From: Octopus sinensis | Lineage: Eukaryota | Direction: 5' to 3' | Length of the DNA stretch: 64,000 nucleotides | Assembly (NCBI RefSeq): GCF_006345805.1 | Contig: NC_042997.1 | Span: 21,328,001-21,392,000, forward strand | Part shown: positions 41,651 to 53,509 of the stretch, piece after piece | Position numbering within the stretch: the stretch's first letter is position 1 | Layout: each line of letters opens with the position of its first letter | Notes under the pieces: generated by a model | What the model was told of the DNA's origin: nothing | The model's input: only the letters and a program-made list of their open reading frames with translations | The model's database searches: none | Translations under genes and position numbers: made by a program

Positions 41651-42060
41651 GAAATGACCAGTTTCTACACAGAAGGTCAACATTTCCATCAAGTTTCTTA
41701 TTGGTACACTAGTGCGTTCTTTTATATGGGTGTCTGTCACTAGTTTTTCTTGTATCACCGATAGTGCTTCACCCGTTGGGACCTTGGTGTACAGACTTAT
41801 CACATCTAGACTCACAATCTGGTTGGATTCAATGGGGGTATCCTTGATCAATTCTGTGAATTGGGTGGAATTCATCACGTACGATGTTCATTTCCTGCTA
41901 ATGGACTGATTATATCCACAAGGAAGTGGTTCATTGGATGACATACTGAACCTCTACAGCTCCCTATATGTCTTAATGGAACACCATCCTTGTGAATCTT
42001 AGGGAGACCGTACATGTGTAGTAGTATACTGTAGTGTTGAGTCAGTTATCTGCACTTCAT
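41650..42060 (-). mobile_element. Penelope-like element reverse transcriptase fragment
   Basis: MYGLPKIHKDGVPLRHI...NSTQFTELIK...VSLDVISLYTKVP is the PLE RT N-terminal signature. Confidence 0.85.
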
Positions 42061-42518
42061 TGGTGTAAAGTGATCTTTACCGTTAACACGCCTTATAGAC
42101 ACAGGGCGGAAACACACGATTGGTTTTCAACAAATCGTATCCTTTCGGCCCTCTACTATGCTATACTGAAATATAGATAATTCTTTTCGACAATTGGTAA
42201 TTCCACAATGACAAAAAAAAACTGGATTAGTCAAAATGAAATAAAATCTTGTGCTTTATCATAAAATCGAGTACAACTTATCTCGTTCACGATATATACA
42301 CAGATGTGTGTGTATTTGAGTCTGTCTACATGTCTGTCTATTTAGCTGGTGGACTGACTTTCTCTGTGTAGGAGGAAGATGTAAATGTCTCTAGGCAGAA
42401 CATTTTTAGCTGATCTGAGAGTGATATTTAATCACTGAGAGTGTAAATTGACTCAACAGGTAGCCGCTGCTATCATAATGTATATTATAAAAAAAAACAT
42501 GAGTGGAAATAGATGTAC

Positions 42519-42553
<35 letters not shown>

Positions 42554-42847
42554 GTATATGCATAATACGTAAGTTGCATGTGTGTATGTATGTGTGTGTA
42601 TGTATGTGTGTGAATATATACGTATGTATTTTTATATTAGAAAGTTACACTGCATGTACATTAAAATGTATATTATGGAAATATATTTTGTCATCTGAAT
42701 CTACACCTCTTTCTCTTGCTCCCTCACCCATCATCTTGTCATGCACATATTTCTATCCATGAAATCTCTATCCATCTTACGCAGTTTTAAAGTCATTTTT
42801 CACACACATACACACATACGCGCTTATATATATTTTTATATGTGTGC

Positions 42848-42881
<34 letters not shown>

Positions 42882-43245
42882 AACGTAAGATGGATGTTTT
42901 GTTAGAACACCGAATGCCGTGTTATTAGCCTTGAGAGATCCTTTTATAGGCCCCGGGTACATAAAAGCATACACAGAGATCGTAGCACCACCAAATGCCG
43001 GTAAGAGATCTCTCAAGGTTTATAAACGCAGGCATCTATGTTAAGCTGCATATAAAGATTATGTTTTGTTATCAATACTGCTTCCGTCGCTAATAATTAA
43101 TCTCGCTCTCTTTCTCTTTTTCTCTCTCTCCCTCTCTCTCTCTTTCTCTCTTTGTATATATATATCGCTAATGGATCATATTTCCGAAACAGAAGCACAC
43201 TTTAAAAGTTAGAGCAGTAATGTATTTATATGATGTATTTATAGA

Positions 43246-43282
43246 GTGACCAATGGTTTCTGTTGTTGGGAACAACAGCAGA

Positions 43283-43313
<31 letters not shown>

Positions 43314-43880
43314 ACAACAACTGAAAGAACAGAATCAACGACAACAACAATTACTAGTACAGCAAAAAATGCTGCAATTAATGAATAGTAAGTCGCGAGG
43401 AAATGAAGGAAAATGTTCTCGCCAGATTATTTTGCGAACTCGATAACAGAGTTTAAGTAAGAACCATACAAAGGAATTACCTTCCTGGCTTAATATAGAA
43501 GATACGAACAAATCTTGAATAAAGACGACGATATGAAAACGTGTTTCGTCTTAAGAAAACTGATAGCAGGAGAACATGAGCAATTATGTACTCCCCCATA
43601 AACCTTCTGCTTTAAAGAATAAATATAACGTTGGTAAAATTTTTAGTGAGAAAAGCTCGTTGTTCAATATATGTTGGAAATATTTGAACCTGAAAAAGAA
43701 CAACGAGGAAGACTACATCACGTAAGCTGGTAGATTTAACAGGGAATGGGGAAAGTAAGTTGAAGCTGGACGGATTAACACCAGATATGTTCAAGTGCTT
43801 GATATTTACTCAGGGACAAAATGCAGAGAAAGACGCACGGGGAGTCTCTGCCATTAGGTTGATTCCGATCCGCTAATATA
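43246..43880 (+). pseudogene. Decayed Gypsy-type gag fragment
   Basis: PolyQ N-terminus, ITEFK*EP..GITF...YRRYE, LRKL...EHE, KSSLFNICWKYLNLKK, LDGLTPDMFKCLIF: motifs I recall from K02A2.6-like Gypsy gag. Confidence 0.7.
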
Positions 43881-44693
43881 TTTTTACGGTCCAAATCGAA
43901 GAACGTGGAATCCTACGCCTGTAATAGGTAACGTCTAAAATGCAGACAGGGATATATAGATCTCGTTTCAGAGCTTAAGAGAGTTTCTTGGTCAGTCGAG
44001 CCTTTAAGGATCTTTGCCTGCTCTGCTATGCAAAACTGGCATCCTCCGCTCCAGTTTATATAGAACTGTAACGGTTTTCTACCTCCAGTTCCAATAGAAG
44101 GTATATGACCGCGGGAATTGGAGTCTGACGAATAGTGTATAAAGTTAAGCGTTTTATGGATGCGAAACCATTGGTTACTCTTTGAACGAACATATATCTA
44201 ACTTATAGTGATAACGCTATGACTTGAAATGGTCGGTGGTGTGAGACGCTATGCCGCGTACAGATATCTAAAGCTTATCTTAATGTTTTCACTCTGATTC
44301 TTTATACACGAATACGCTTATTGCACACGTATGTATATTAATACAATATATGTATAGTCAACATGAGAGACAATCGCATTTACACACGCACATACACGCA
44401 AAAATATCTCAATATATATATACATGCCTGCATGCGCGTGTGCGTACACTATATATTTTGCGTATGCAATTAGTGTATTCGTGTGTAATGGGAGAGTAAT
44501 TGCAAGAACATAAAGATGAACACTAGATATTTGTCGGAAAGCGTGTATCTGATATATACATATGTATATATACATATGTGTGTTGTCTATATGTAGTTGT
44601 ATCTGTCTGCGAGTGCGTGTATGTGTGTGTATGTAGGTATACATACATATACATATGTATGTATAAATATATATTCATGCTGATAAATATATA

Positions 44694-44725
<32 letters not shown>

Positions 44726-46334
44726 CTATATACATGTATATACATGTGTGTGTTTGTGTGATATATATAGAGACAGATGGGGGGAGAGAGACAGAGCAAA
44801 TGATAGACATTTGAAGTTAAATGACATTTAGACAAAGATGAATTGATAGCGGGAGAGAACATAAGGGGAAATATGTTTGTGTGACTGAGGGGTGAAGGAA
44901 TGAAAAAGCACATGAAAGTGAGATAGAGGTGAAGATTTAGGTAACCTTGTATATATTTTTTGTTATGCTAATACGTCAATCACATTATTATTTTTTGAAA
45001 AATACGAAACTTGATTACTGTACTTATCAGAATAAAAAATTACTGTATATAGTTTAAGACAATAATATTCGGATAGAAATATAAGTTTACAACAGACAAT
45101 GTAAAGGAGACACTCGCATGCACACACAGATACAGGTACACACAAATGGAAACACCCACTTATTCAAACACATATACACACGCATATATAAATGAGTATG
45201 GAAGGAGGGTAAGGAGGGTGGTAAAAATAGATGTCTCGATTGTATTTATTGATAACAAGAGGAGAATAACAAACTGATGCCAGTAGCTGTAATGTCACCA
45301 GAATATTTCAAACAATGAAACAAAGCTTGCCGCAAGAAATTCTTTTATAAATAATGGTTTCCTGAACATTGATGAAATCATGAAAACAATTTCACCCTCA
45401 GCATCAATTTTTCTGTATAAGATATTTATAAATCTATGTATCGGTATTTTATTTCAGGTAGAATCTATTTCATCAAACGTACTTATTTTCATTTATAACC
45501 ATTGACATTGCACCAAATTTTTCTTCCATAAGGTTTGGTGCATTGTTGTTTAGTAACGTTATCCAGATAACCAAAGATTGATTATTTTGGATTGATATTA
45601 ATTGTATTGATTTATCGAGTTAAAATATCATACAGTGCCTGAAATATACTGAAGGAAAGATACAAATATGAAAATATAGTAAATAATTACTTTGGGGTGA
45701 AATGTTCAGCTAATGTCGTTTTATTATAAAATAAAATGTGAATTTCGAACTGATGACATTTAAAAATCAAATCAAATTCTGAATCAATCTTTTTTTTATG
45801 AGAAGCATATTAAATATCATAAAAATAGAGTAATATAGATGTGAATGTAGTACAGCAATCCTTCAGTATATGAACGCTATGTCCGCACTGTCAAACGTTA
45901 AATAAGTTGCAGGTTTTGTAAGGCCCCATATATATGTTTAATATGATTTTTAAGGATATGAGTGCGTGTGATAGTGTGTGTGAGAAAGATGGGGGAAGGA
46001 GGGAGTCAAGGATCATAAATGCAAGAAATAAATGGACAACAATGCCAGAAAATAATGGTGGGCAGTGTTAGTTTTCTCACAGTCTCCAGACATGTGCTAT
46101 GACGCTTCTGCTTGTGATCAAGTGTCTCGGGCTAGGGGCAAACTTTGCGCCAACACAATGCATACTCATGTTTACCGTGAAAACGTTTAGCAGATTGTAC
46201 TATCGATTTCAATCCTGATGGATTGTTCAGCAATGTTCTTCATGAATTTTCTTACTAAAAGTGATGTATTTCATGAAATGAAAAATAAAGAAAGCTAACA
46301 ATGCAGAACGTTTGAGAAAACATTTATATTTCAG

Positions 46335-46795
46335 GCGCAAGGTCTATCTTCAGCACTCTAAATGTTGTTGGCGCCGTAGAGAAATCATTAAGGACTCCCT
46401 ACATTGCTGCAACTCCGACAAACATCCTCATCACTACGACAGTGATTAGTTCTGTTATTTACAAATACCTTATTAGCCGCCTCCACCACCAAAGAATGTT
46501 TGCAGTTGGTAGCCACCAGCCACCAACACCATCAGCCACTACTACCACGACACCTACCACCATCGCCAACCACGCCTATGTAGACAACACGGACTACTAC
46601 TACTACTACTACTACCACGACATTCACAAACTTCAACAATCGTCTTCGTCATCACTGCTGCCAACCTACAGACGGTCCTCCGCCACCGTCCTCAGCACTC
46701 TCTTCTCCAGCATCAACGTCTCCAATGTGACCGTTACGGCACTAAAAACACCAACATTTGATGAACTGCAGCTACTAGCACAAGCACCTGACTAA
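46335..46795 (+). CDS. Candidate terminal coding exon, Ser/Thr/Pro-rich
   Basis: Acceptor catttatatttcag at 46334; frame open from 46316 to TAA at 46793-46795; GC above background; two similar motifs FSTLNV...LRTP and FSSINV...LKTP. No family recognised. Confidence 0.38.
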
Positions 46796-46848
46796 AACGG
46801 AGTTACTGCCCATCAAGCTATCCAAAATGGTAGTATCTATGTAAACAT

Positions 46849-47245
46849 AGAGGAGTGGCTGTGTGGTAATTAGCTTGCTTACCAACTACATGGTTCCGGG
46901 TTCAGTCCCATTGCATGGCACCTTGGGCAAGTGTCTTCTACTATAGCTTCGGGTCGACCAAAGCCTTGTGAGTGGATTTGGTAGACGAAAACTGAAAGAA
47001 GCCCGTTGTATATATGTGTATATATATATGTGTTTGTGTGTGTTTGTCCCCCAACATCGCTTGACAACCGATAGTGGTGTGTTTACGTCCCTGTAACTTA
47101 GCAGTTCGACAAAAGTGACCGATAGAATAAGTACTAGGCTTACAAAGAATAAGTCCTGGGGTCGATTTGCTCGACTAAAGACGGTGCTCCAGCATGGCCG
47201 CAGTCAAATGACTGAAACGAGTAAAAGAGTAAAATAGTAAAGTGT
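46849..47245 (+). mobile_element. Full-length tRNA/CORE-like SINE
   Basis: Head gtggctgtgtggtaa and gggttcagtccc, ccttgggcaagtg, internal microsatellite, 3' stem-loop cagtc-aaat-gactg, (gtaaaaga)-like tail. Confidence 0.92.
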
Positions 47246-47877
47246 AAAAGAGCATACATATTTCTAACTGTATTACTTCTGAGGATAGGCCCACGTGCCC
47301 GAAATGGAAAGTTTTTTTTTAATTTCTACATTGCTAGATGCTTTCTTTATTTCTCATTTCATATATTATTCTCCTTCTGTACAACAATGCTTCAAGCGAA
47401 CTACAACACTCTTCTCTGATGTATTTCAGTTTATTCCTACTAGGTTTATTTCATATCGCTCATTCATCTCTGAAGATGCTTCGTAACACTTTTCTCACTG
47501 CTTTACTATTAGTTTCTTTGATAAGATAGATTCACGCAATCTTATACTTCTAAGTATATTGTAAAGTATACGTTATAAAGCAAATTTTTTTTTTCTATTG
47601 TTATGCAATTTATTCTTCGAATTAGACAATCGTAGTATTCCAAGATTACTTGATCTTTCTTTGTTAAGTGAAAACCCCTCATACATCTCTGGATTTCCGA
47701 TTGTTTTGCATTCTAGTGTTAACTTTTTTTTAAAGTTTTTTTATCTTAACTACAGTAAAGCACTCAAAATTAAAACAGAATTTCAAAGGCCCATAGAAAT
47801 GAAATGTATTTTCTTCGGAAATATAAGAATAATAGTAGGTATACTAATTGAGAAATCAATATTTATATGCAAAGTAA

Positions 47878-48090
47878 GGCTGTGAGCTTGCAGAATTATT
47901 GGCACGCCGGGAAAATTGGTGAGTGGCATTTCGTCCGTCCTTACGTTCTGAGTTCAAATTCCGTCGAGATTGACTTTGTCTTTCATTCTTTTGGATGTGC
48001 CAGTTGAGCACCAGTTGGGCATTAGGGTTGATGTAATCGAATTTCTCCCCCTCACGAAGTTGCTGGCCTTATAGCAAAATTTGAAATTAA
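47878..48090 (+). mobile_element. Nin-like SINE
   Basis: gagttcaaattccgtcgag...ctttcattcttttgg...gatgtaatcga. Confidence 0.7.
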
Positions 48091-48567
48091 TATTCATGTC
48101 CAAAGTAAAAACACCACTGAAGGAAGAATTTACAGTGAATGCATTATGTGCTCCGGTTCGTTTATCATTTGCTTTACACCCACGAAAATGTATAAACGTC
48201 TCGACATGCATTTCTCTAAACAAAGTATGAAACTTTTGAAAGAATCAAGTGGAAAACCCAATATCATTATTCTAAGAAGGTAAAGAACACCATCCTAATA
48301 AAAGCAGCGGTGGTCTGCGTCGGTAAAATGGTTTTTCTTGGTACAGTACTAAATCTAGTCAAGAAATCTTGTAATAGAGCTTTTCTGAAAGAACAGCGTT
48401 TTACTAACATATAACATATAAGTTTATAGTACTTCGATACAGGAAGATTAAAGTCGTTTTTAACCCTGATGAAGGACTTTGAAGGAACGTCCGAAATTTT
48501 CTACTGACGACAGTCCTTGAACTTAAAAAGCATTATATTTGACCAATATTCAAAAAGAGTGAAGACA

Positions 48568-48887
48568 TGCGACTAAGTGGTTAGGGTATTCGGCTCACGA
48601 TCGCAAGGTCATGTTTTCCAATCCTGGCAGTACATTGTAATTCTTCAACAAAACACTTTATTTCACCTTGTTTCAGTCAACTCAGCTCGCAAAAATGAGT
48701 TGTACCTATAATTCAAATGGTCAGCCTTGTCACATTTTGTGTCATGCTGAATCTCCCTGAGAGCTACGCTAAGGGTACACGTGTCTGTCGAGTGCTCAGT
48801 CACTTACACGTTAATTTCACGAGCAGGCTGTTTCGTTGATCACATCAACTGGAACCCTTGTTGTCGTAACCGACGGAGTACCAGTTA
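48568..48887 (+). mobile_element. tRNA/CORE-like SINE (further subfamily)
   Basis: ctaagtggttagggtattcggctcacgatcg head, caaaacactttatttcac...cagtcaactcagct CORE-like body. Confidence 0.65.
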
Positions 48888-49486
48888 TCTAAAGAGGACG
48901 TAGTATCCAGAGTTCCTTTTACTCCAGCTGATTTTACTTCAGATAATACTACTATTATATAGAGGAGTGTAAGAAATCTATTTCATCTAATCACAGTTCA
49001 AAGAGAGAAACTGATTTGCGGTATGTAGTATATTGGGCTCTAAATTATTTAATTCAGTTCTTAAATCTGCCCTTCATATTTTCGTGTTCGTTCAGATAAC
49101 TTCTTATCCACTTCTTCACTTTACTTTTGGACTGCAAGATAAGAAGGAAATCAATATTTCAATTCGAAGTTAAATAATCTGCCAATTGCTACAGCCGATA
49201 GTTTTCAGATAGTTGACACAACTCTTGTAACAATTTCAGTAAACTTAGGGAGAAATAAATTAAATGGATTTATTTGCCAGATATATAAAGTAAACGAATT
49301 AAATGGATTTGTTTACAAGGAGTCGAAAGATCGGATTTTTAGATAAGTTGAATTGCTAATCATAGATACGTGCACACATGAGGATACACATACGGACACG
49401 CAAACACAAACACAGTCACGCACAAACGCATATATATTCATATATATAAGCGTGTAACTCTCTCTATCTCTTTGACTGTCTGTCTT

Positions 49487-49538
<52 letters not shown>

Positions 49539-49619
49539 GCCACACATACACTCACACGCACTTACACTCACACTCACTCACACACACGCGCGCGCGCATG
49601 CACACACACACACACACAC

Positions 49620-50190
49620 AGAGGGTGTTTGGACTAAATTTGACAGTTTGCATAAAAAGAAAAGAAGGCAACATCTTATCCAAAAATAGGAGTATTTTAA
49701 AAAATAAAAGAAAACATCAGCTGGGTTATGGCTGGGAGATACAGTTTACTCACAAAGTAGCTGCCCTCAGCTTCCACCACGGCCTCAAGACCGTCCCGCT
49801 AGCTGGCACATGGGCTCCTCATTGTGTCCCTGGGAAGGTCTTCGAAACCATCCTTGACCTTGAGCACCAGCTCGGCCTTGATGTTGCAAGCAGAGTAGAT
49901 GGTTTCTTTCTCAAACGCGTTCCACACATATTAATTCATGAGGTAACAATCGGGTTAATTAGGCGGCCAGAAACTGGAGCTAGTGGTGTCATAGAAATTC
50001 TCTGACAAACATTTCTGACTTTTTGCAGATGTATGTGAAGGAGCTGAATCTTGCTGCCACATATATAGCCTTCCAGCATTACCCTCTCCAGCCAGGCTTT
50101 CACCCCAGTCTCCAGCAGCTTTACAAAGCCGCCTGAATCAAGCTTTTTGACCCGTTCAGAGATTATCCACTGGTCTATCAATGTCATATG
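49620..50190 (-). mobile_element. Tc1/mariner (maT/Bmmar1-like) transposon, 3' part
   Basis: Reading across frameshifts gives LDSGGFVKLLE..VKAWLER, QQDSAP-like, WPPNxPDCxLMN and DRLEAVVEAEGSYF; TIR-like end cagagggtgtttggactaaa at 49620. Confidence 0.8.
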
Positions 50191-50775
50191 AATTCAATAT
50201 GCTGATCGGAAACTACGCAGGATCAAATTTTAAACGTGTCTCTGTGTGTGTATGCTCGTATGATTGCATATTTCATTGCTATTATGAAAAAGAGTCGTAA
50301 GTCCAAAACGTTGCTTTTTCAAAAAACGAAGGAATAGTTTCACCATTCCATAGCAAAACCGTTGTACTACACTTTGATAATTTTTGATATCTTTGCATCA
50401 GAAGCAGCTGGAGATACGATAGTTTGACTAAAAGACCCGGCTATCGCAAGCAAAAATAAATATTGATAAAAACACATTTGGCCAAATTTGGACATACGAT
50501 AGTTTAACATAATAGCAACGATATGTATTAATGGTCTGTGATATGTTTAATCCATAAAACACAGTTATGTTTTAAAGAAACATAAATGGATCGGCATTTT
50601 TGCTAAATAGAGATCGATAAACAAGTACCAGACTGAGTACAAGGGCTAAATGACTAACAAAAACTCTTGAAATCGGTACGCAGACTGTCTACTGTAAAAC
50701 AACGAAAATTCTCTCTCTCTCTCTCTCTCTCTCAATCTATCTATCTCTCCCTTTCCCCCCTCTCTCTCTCTCTAC

Positions 50776-50815
<40 letters not shown>

Positions 50816-50816
<1 letters not shown>

Positions 50817-51058
50817 GAGGCGCGTAGCTTACTAGTTAGGGTGTCAGCATCATGATCGTAAGATTGTGGTTTCGATTCCTGGACCGGGCGACACGTTGTG
50901 TTCTTGAGCAAAACACTTCATTTCCCGTTGCTCCAGTCCACTCAGTTGGCACAAAGGAGTAACGCTAAGATGGACTGGCGTCCCGTCCAGCTGGAGAACA
51001 CATACGCCATAGAAACCAGGAAACCGGGCCATGAGCCTGGCTAGGCTTTAAAAGGGCG
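50816..51058 (+). mobile_element. tRNA/CORE/V-domain-like SINE
   Basis: ggtttcgattcc B box, ttgtgttcttgagcaaaacacttcatt CORE-like, gatggactggcgtcccgtccag V-like, tail shared with 5461-5764. Confidence 0.82.
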
Positions 51059-51059
51059 A

Positions 51060-51170
<111 letters not shown>

Positions 51171-51204
51171 TATATATATAATATATATAATATATATATG
51201 TATA

Positions 51205-51246
<42 letters not shown>

Positions 51247-51355
51247 ATATATTATATATATATATATGATTGATTGATTGATTGATTCTAGTTTCAGCTT
51301 ATGAGCTGTGGCCATGCTGGGGCACCGCCATTTGGTGTTGCTACTTGGTTTCACT

Positions 51356-53509
51356 TCATGGAGGCTTTCTAGCAACTGCTATTTGGTGCATGAGAGAGTT
51401 CGATGCAGCTGCCCTCATCTGCCCCTCCTGCCGTGAAGTTGGTTCATCTGGGACACCTGACAGGAAGAGATCCAGCTTCATTTTAAAGACATCTGTATCC
51501 ACCCCATGCAGGTCTCTCAGGTTCTTCGGGAGGATATTGAAGAGCTGCGGGCCTCGGAAGCCCAGGCTATCACAGAATCTTGTCCTACATCTTGATGGCA
51601 GGTTTGGAGTCCTAGGCACCACGCAGTGGGGCCCAGTTCTGGCATTTGCGTAACTATCGATGCCAAAGTTCAGGACACTTCCCTCCAGGATCTTCCAGAT
51701 GTATATTATGGCATATCTTTCCCGCCTACGCTCCAGAGAATATAATTTTAATCTCTTGAGTCTTTCCCAGTAGCTTACATTCTGCATAGAGGCTATCTTC
51801 TTTGTGTAGCTTCGTTGGATCGCCTCAAGTTCTGTGATCAACTTGACACTGGATGGTGACCATAGCTGAGAGCAATAGTCAAAGTGGCTTAGGACAAGTG
51901 TCTTCCAGAGGACCATCATGGTTTCTTGTTCTCTTGTTCTAAAGGTTCTAAGAATCCATCCAGCCAGCCGTCTACATTTCATTGTCAGTTTAGCAACATG
52001 TACATGAAAGGTCGCGTCATCACTCATGTGAATACCCAGGTCACGCACTGATTGTGCCTCTGGGATTGCAATCCCTCCGGGTCCAGTGTATTCATTGGGT
52101 ATTGCATTCAGTTTTGCATGCTGATAGTATAAAGCTTGAAACTTTCCAGCATTGAACTGCATGCTATTCTTTTCAGCCCACTTGTATATTTCGTCCAGCT
52201 CACATTGCAGGTGTTTAGTGTCCTCAGGGTTCTGTATTGCCTGTGAAACTTTTGTATCATCTGCATAACTTGTGATCGTGGCTCTCTGCGTGGCTGAGGG
52301 CATGTCTGAGAGGGCCATTATGAACAGTAGTGGTCCCAGAACAGTGCCCTGCGGAACACCGCTCACTATTTGTGTGTTAATGGAGGTAGCCCCATTGGCT
52401 ACTACCACCTGACTTCTATCCTTCAGAAAGTCAGGAAGCCATTCTCCCAGTTTTCCAACTATGTTGAGATCACGCAGTTTGTGACATATCATTCCATGAT
52501 CGACTTTATCAAAGGCCTTTGCAAAGTCGAGATATATCACTTCCACATTTGAGTGGTTGAGCAGCCGTTTCAGCACCCAGTCATAGTGTTGTAGGAGCTG
52601 AGTTAAACAGCTTCTCCCTGGTCGGAAACCATGTTGGGTGTCGGGCAGCAAGTCATTCTCTTCAAGGAAGGTGATCAGCTTCCTTCTGACTATTCGTTCC
52701 ATGACCTTGCTGATGTGTGAGGTCAGAGAGATAGGTCTATAGTTCTTGGCTTCCGCTCTGCTACCTCCTTTATGAATGGGGCATATTTTACCTTCCTTCA
52801 GTTTTCCTGGAAGTTTGCCAGCTGCAAGGAAGCTCTGAAAGAGGAACTGCAGTGGTCTTGCTAGGACTCTCTTACATGCTTTTAGGAGGATTGCCGGGAA
52901 TCCATCGGGGCCAGTAGCTGAGTCTGTTTTCATTTCATCTATAGCCTTGGTTACATCGTCTTCCTTTATATCGATGTAATCTATCGTCGCCGCCTCTGAT
53001 TTTATATCTGCAGTGGTAAAAAAGTCAGTTGGATTGGTGATTTGGAGATGCCCAAGGGGTGGAGTGAAAACACTCTTGAATTGCTCATTCAGTATTTCAC
53101 TTACCCTCATTGGTTTTCCTGTAAGTGTGCCATCCTTTTCAAGGAGTGGCCCTATTCTACAGTGCACTGTAGCTGTTTCTTTGGCATACCTGTAGAAAGC
53201 TCTGGGGTTAGATTTTATGTTTTCTATAGCCCAGGCTTCTTTGTCTGCTCTTTCTTTTTCATGGGAGAGTTGCAGACATTTTTCGATTTCCAACAGTTTT
53301 ATTTTTAGGCGGGACTTTTCACTGCTTTCAATCTGTTTGTTTAGGCGATTTGAAAATTTCGTACGCCGTCTCATTAAAATTTTCCTCTCTCTGGGGATTT
53401 TGTTCTTGTGTACAGTGGCCTTCTCTCTGGGACACATTTGTAGCATATGGCTTGCATTACAGACATGAATTGTTGAAGTTTCACGTCGATGTCTGGCGAG
53501 GAGAGACAT
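51356..53509 (-). CDS. LINE ORF2 reverse transcriptase part (after frameshift)
   Basis: NYRPISLTSHISKVMERIV, QHGFRPGRSC, YLDFAKAFDKVDH, SGVPQGTVLGPLLF, SYADDTK, RDLGI, FDYCSQLWSP, LYSLERRRERY. Confidence 0.95.
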   Translation of the reverse strand: MSLLARHRRETSTIHVCNASHMLQMCPREKATVHKNKIPRERKILMRRRTKFSNRLNKQIESSEKSRLKIKLLEIEKCLQLSHEKERADKEAWAIENIKSNPRAFYRYAKETATVHCRIGPLLEKDGTLTGKPMRVSEILNEQFKSVFTPPLGHLQITNPTDFFTTADIKSEAATIDYIDIKEDDVTKAIDEMKTDSATGPDGFPAILLKACKRVLARPLQFLFQSFLAAGKLPGKLKEGKICPIHKGGSRAEAKNYRPISLTSHISKVMERIVRRKLITFLEENDLLPDTQHGFRPGRSCLTQLLQHYDWVLKRLLNHSNVEVIYLDFAKAFDKVDHGMICHKLRDLNIVGKLGEWLPDFLKDRSQVVVANGATSINTQIVSGVPQGTVLGPLLFIMALSDMPSATQRATITSYADDTKVSQAIQNPEDTKHLQCELDEIYKWAEKNSMQFNAGKFQALYYQHAKLNAIPNEYTGPGGIAIPEAQSVRDLGIHMSDDATFHVHVAKLTMKCRRLAGWILRTFRTREQETMMVLWKTLVLSHFDYCSQLWSPSSVKLITELEAIQRSYTKKIASMQNVSYWERLKRLKLYSLERRRERYAIIYIWKILEGSVLNFGIDSYANARTGPHCVVPRTPNLPSRCRTRFCDSLGFRGPQLFNILPKNLRDLHGVDTDVFKMKLDLFLSGVPDEPTSRQEGQMRAAASNSLMHQIAVARKPP

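Noticed and set aside
46083-46190. ShK-like exon SPDMCYDASACD...KLC
   Set aside because: Only three cysteines, an in-frame stop and no convincing donor.
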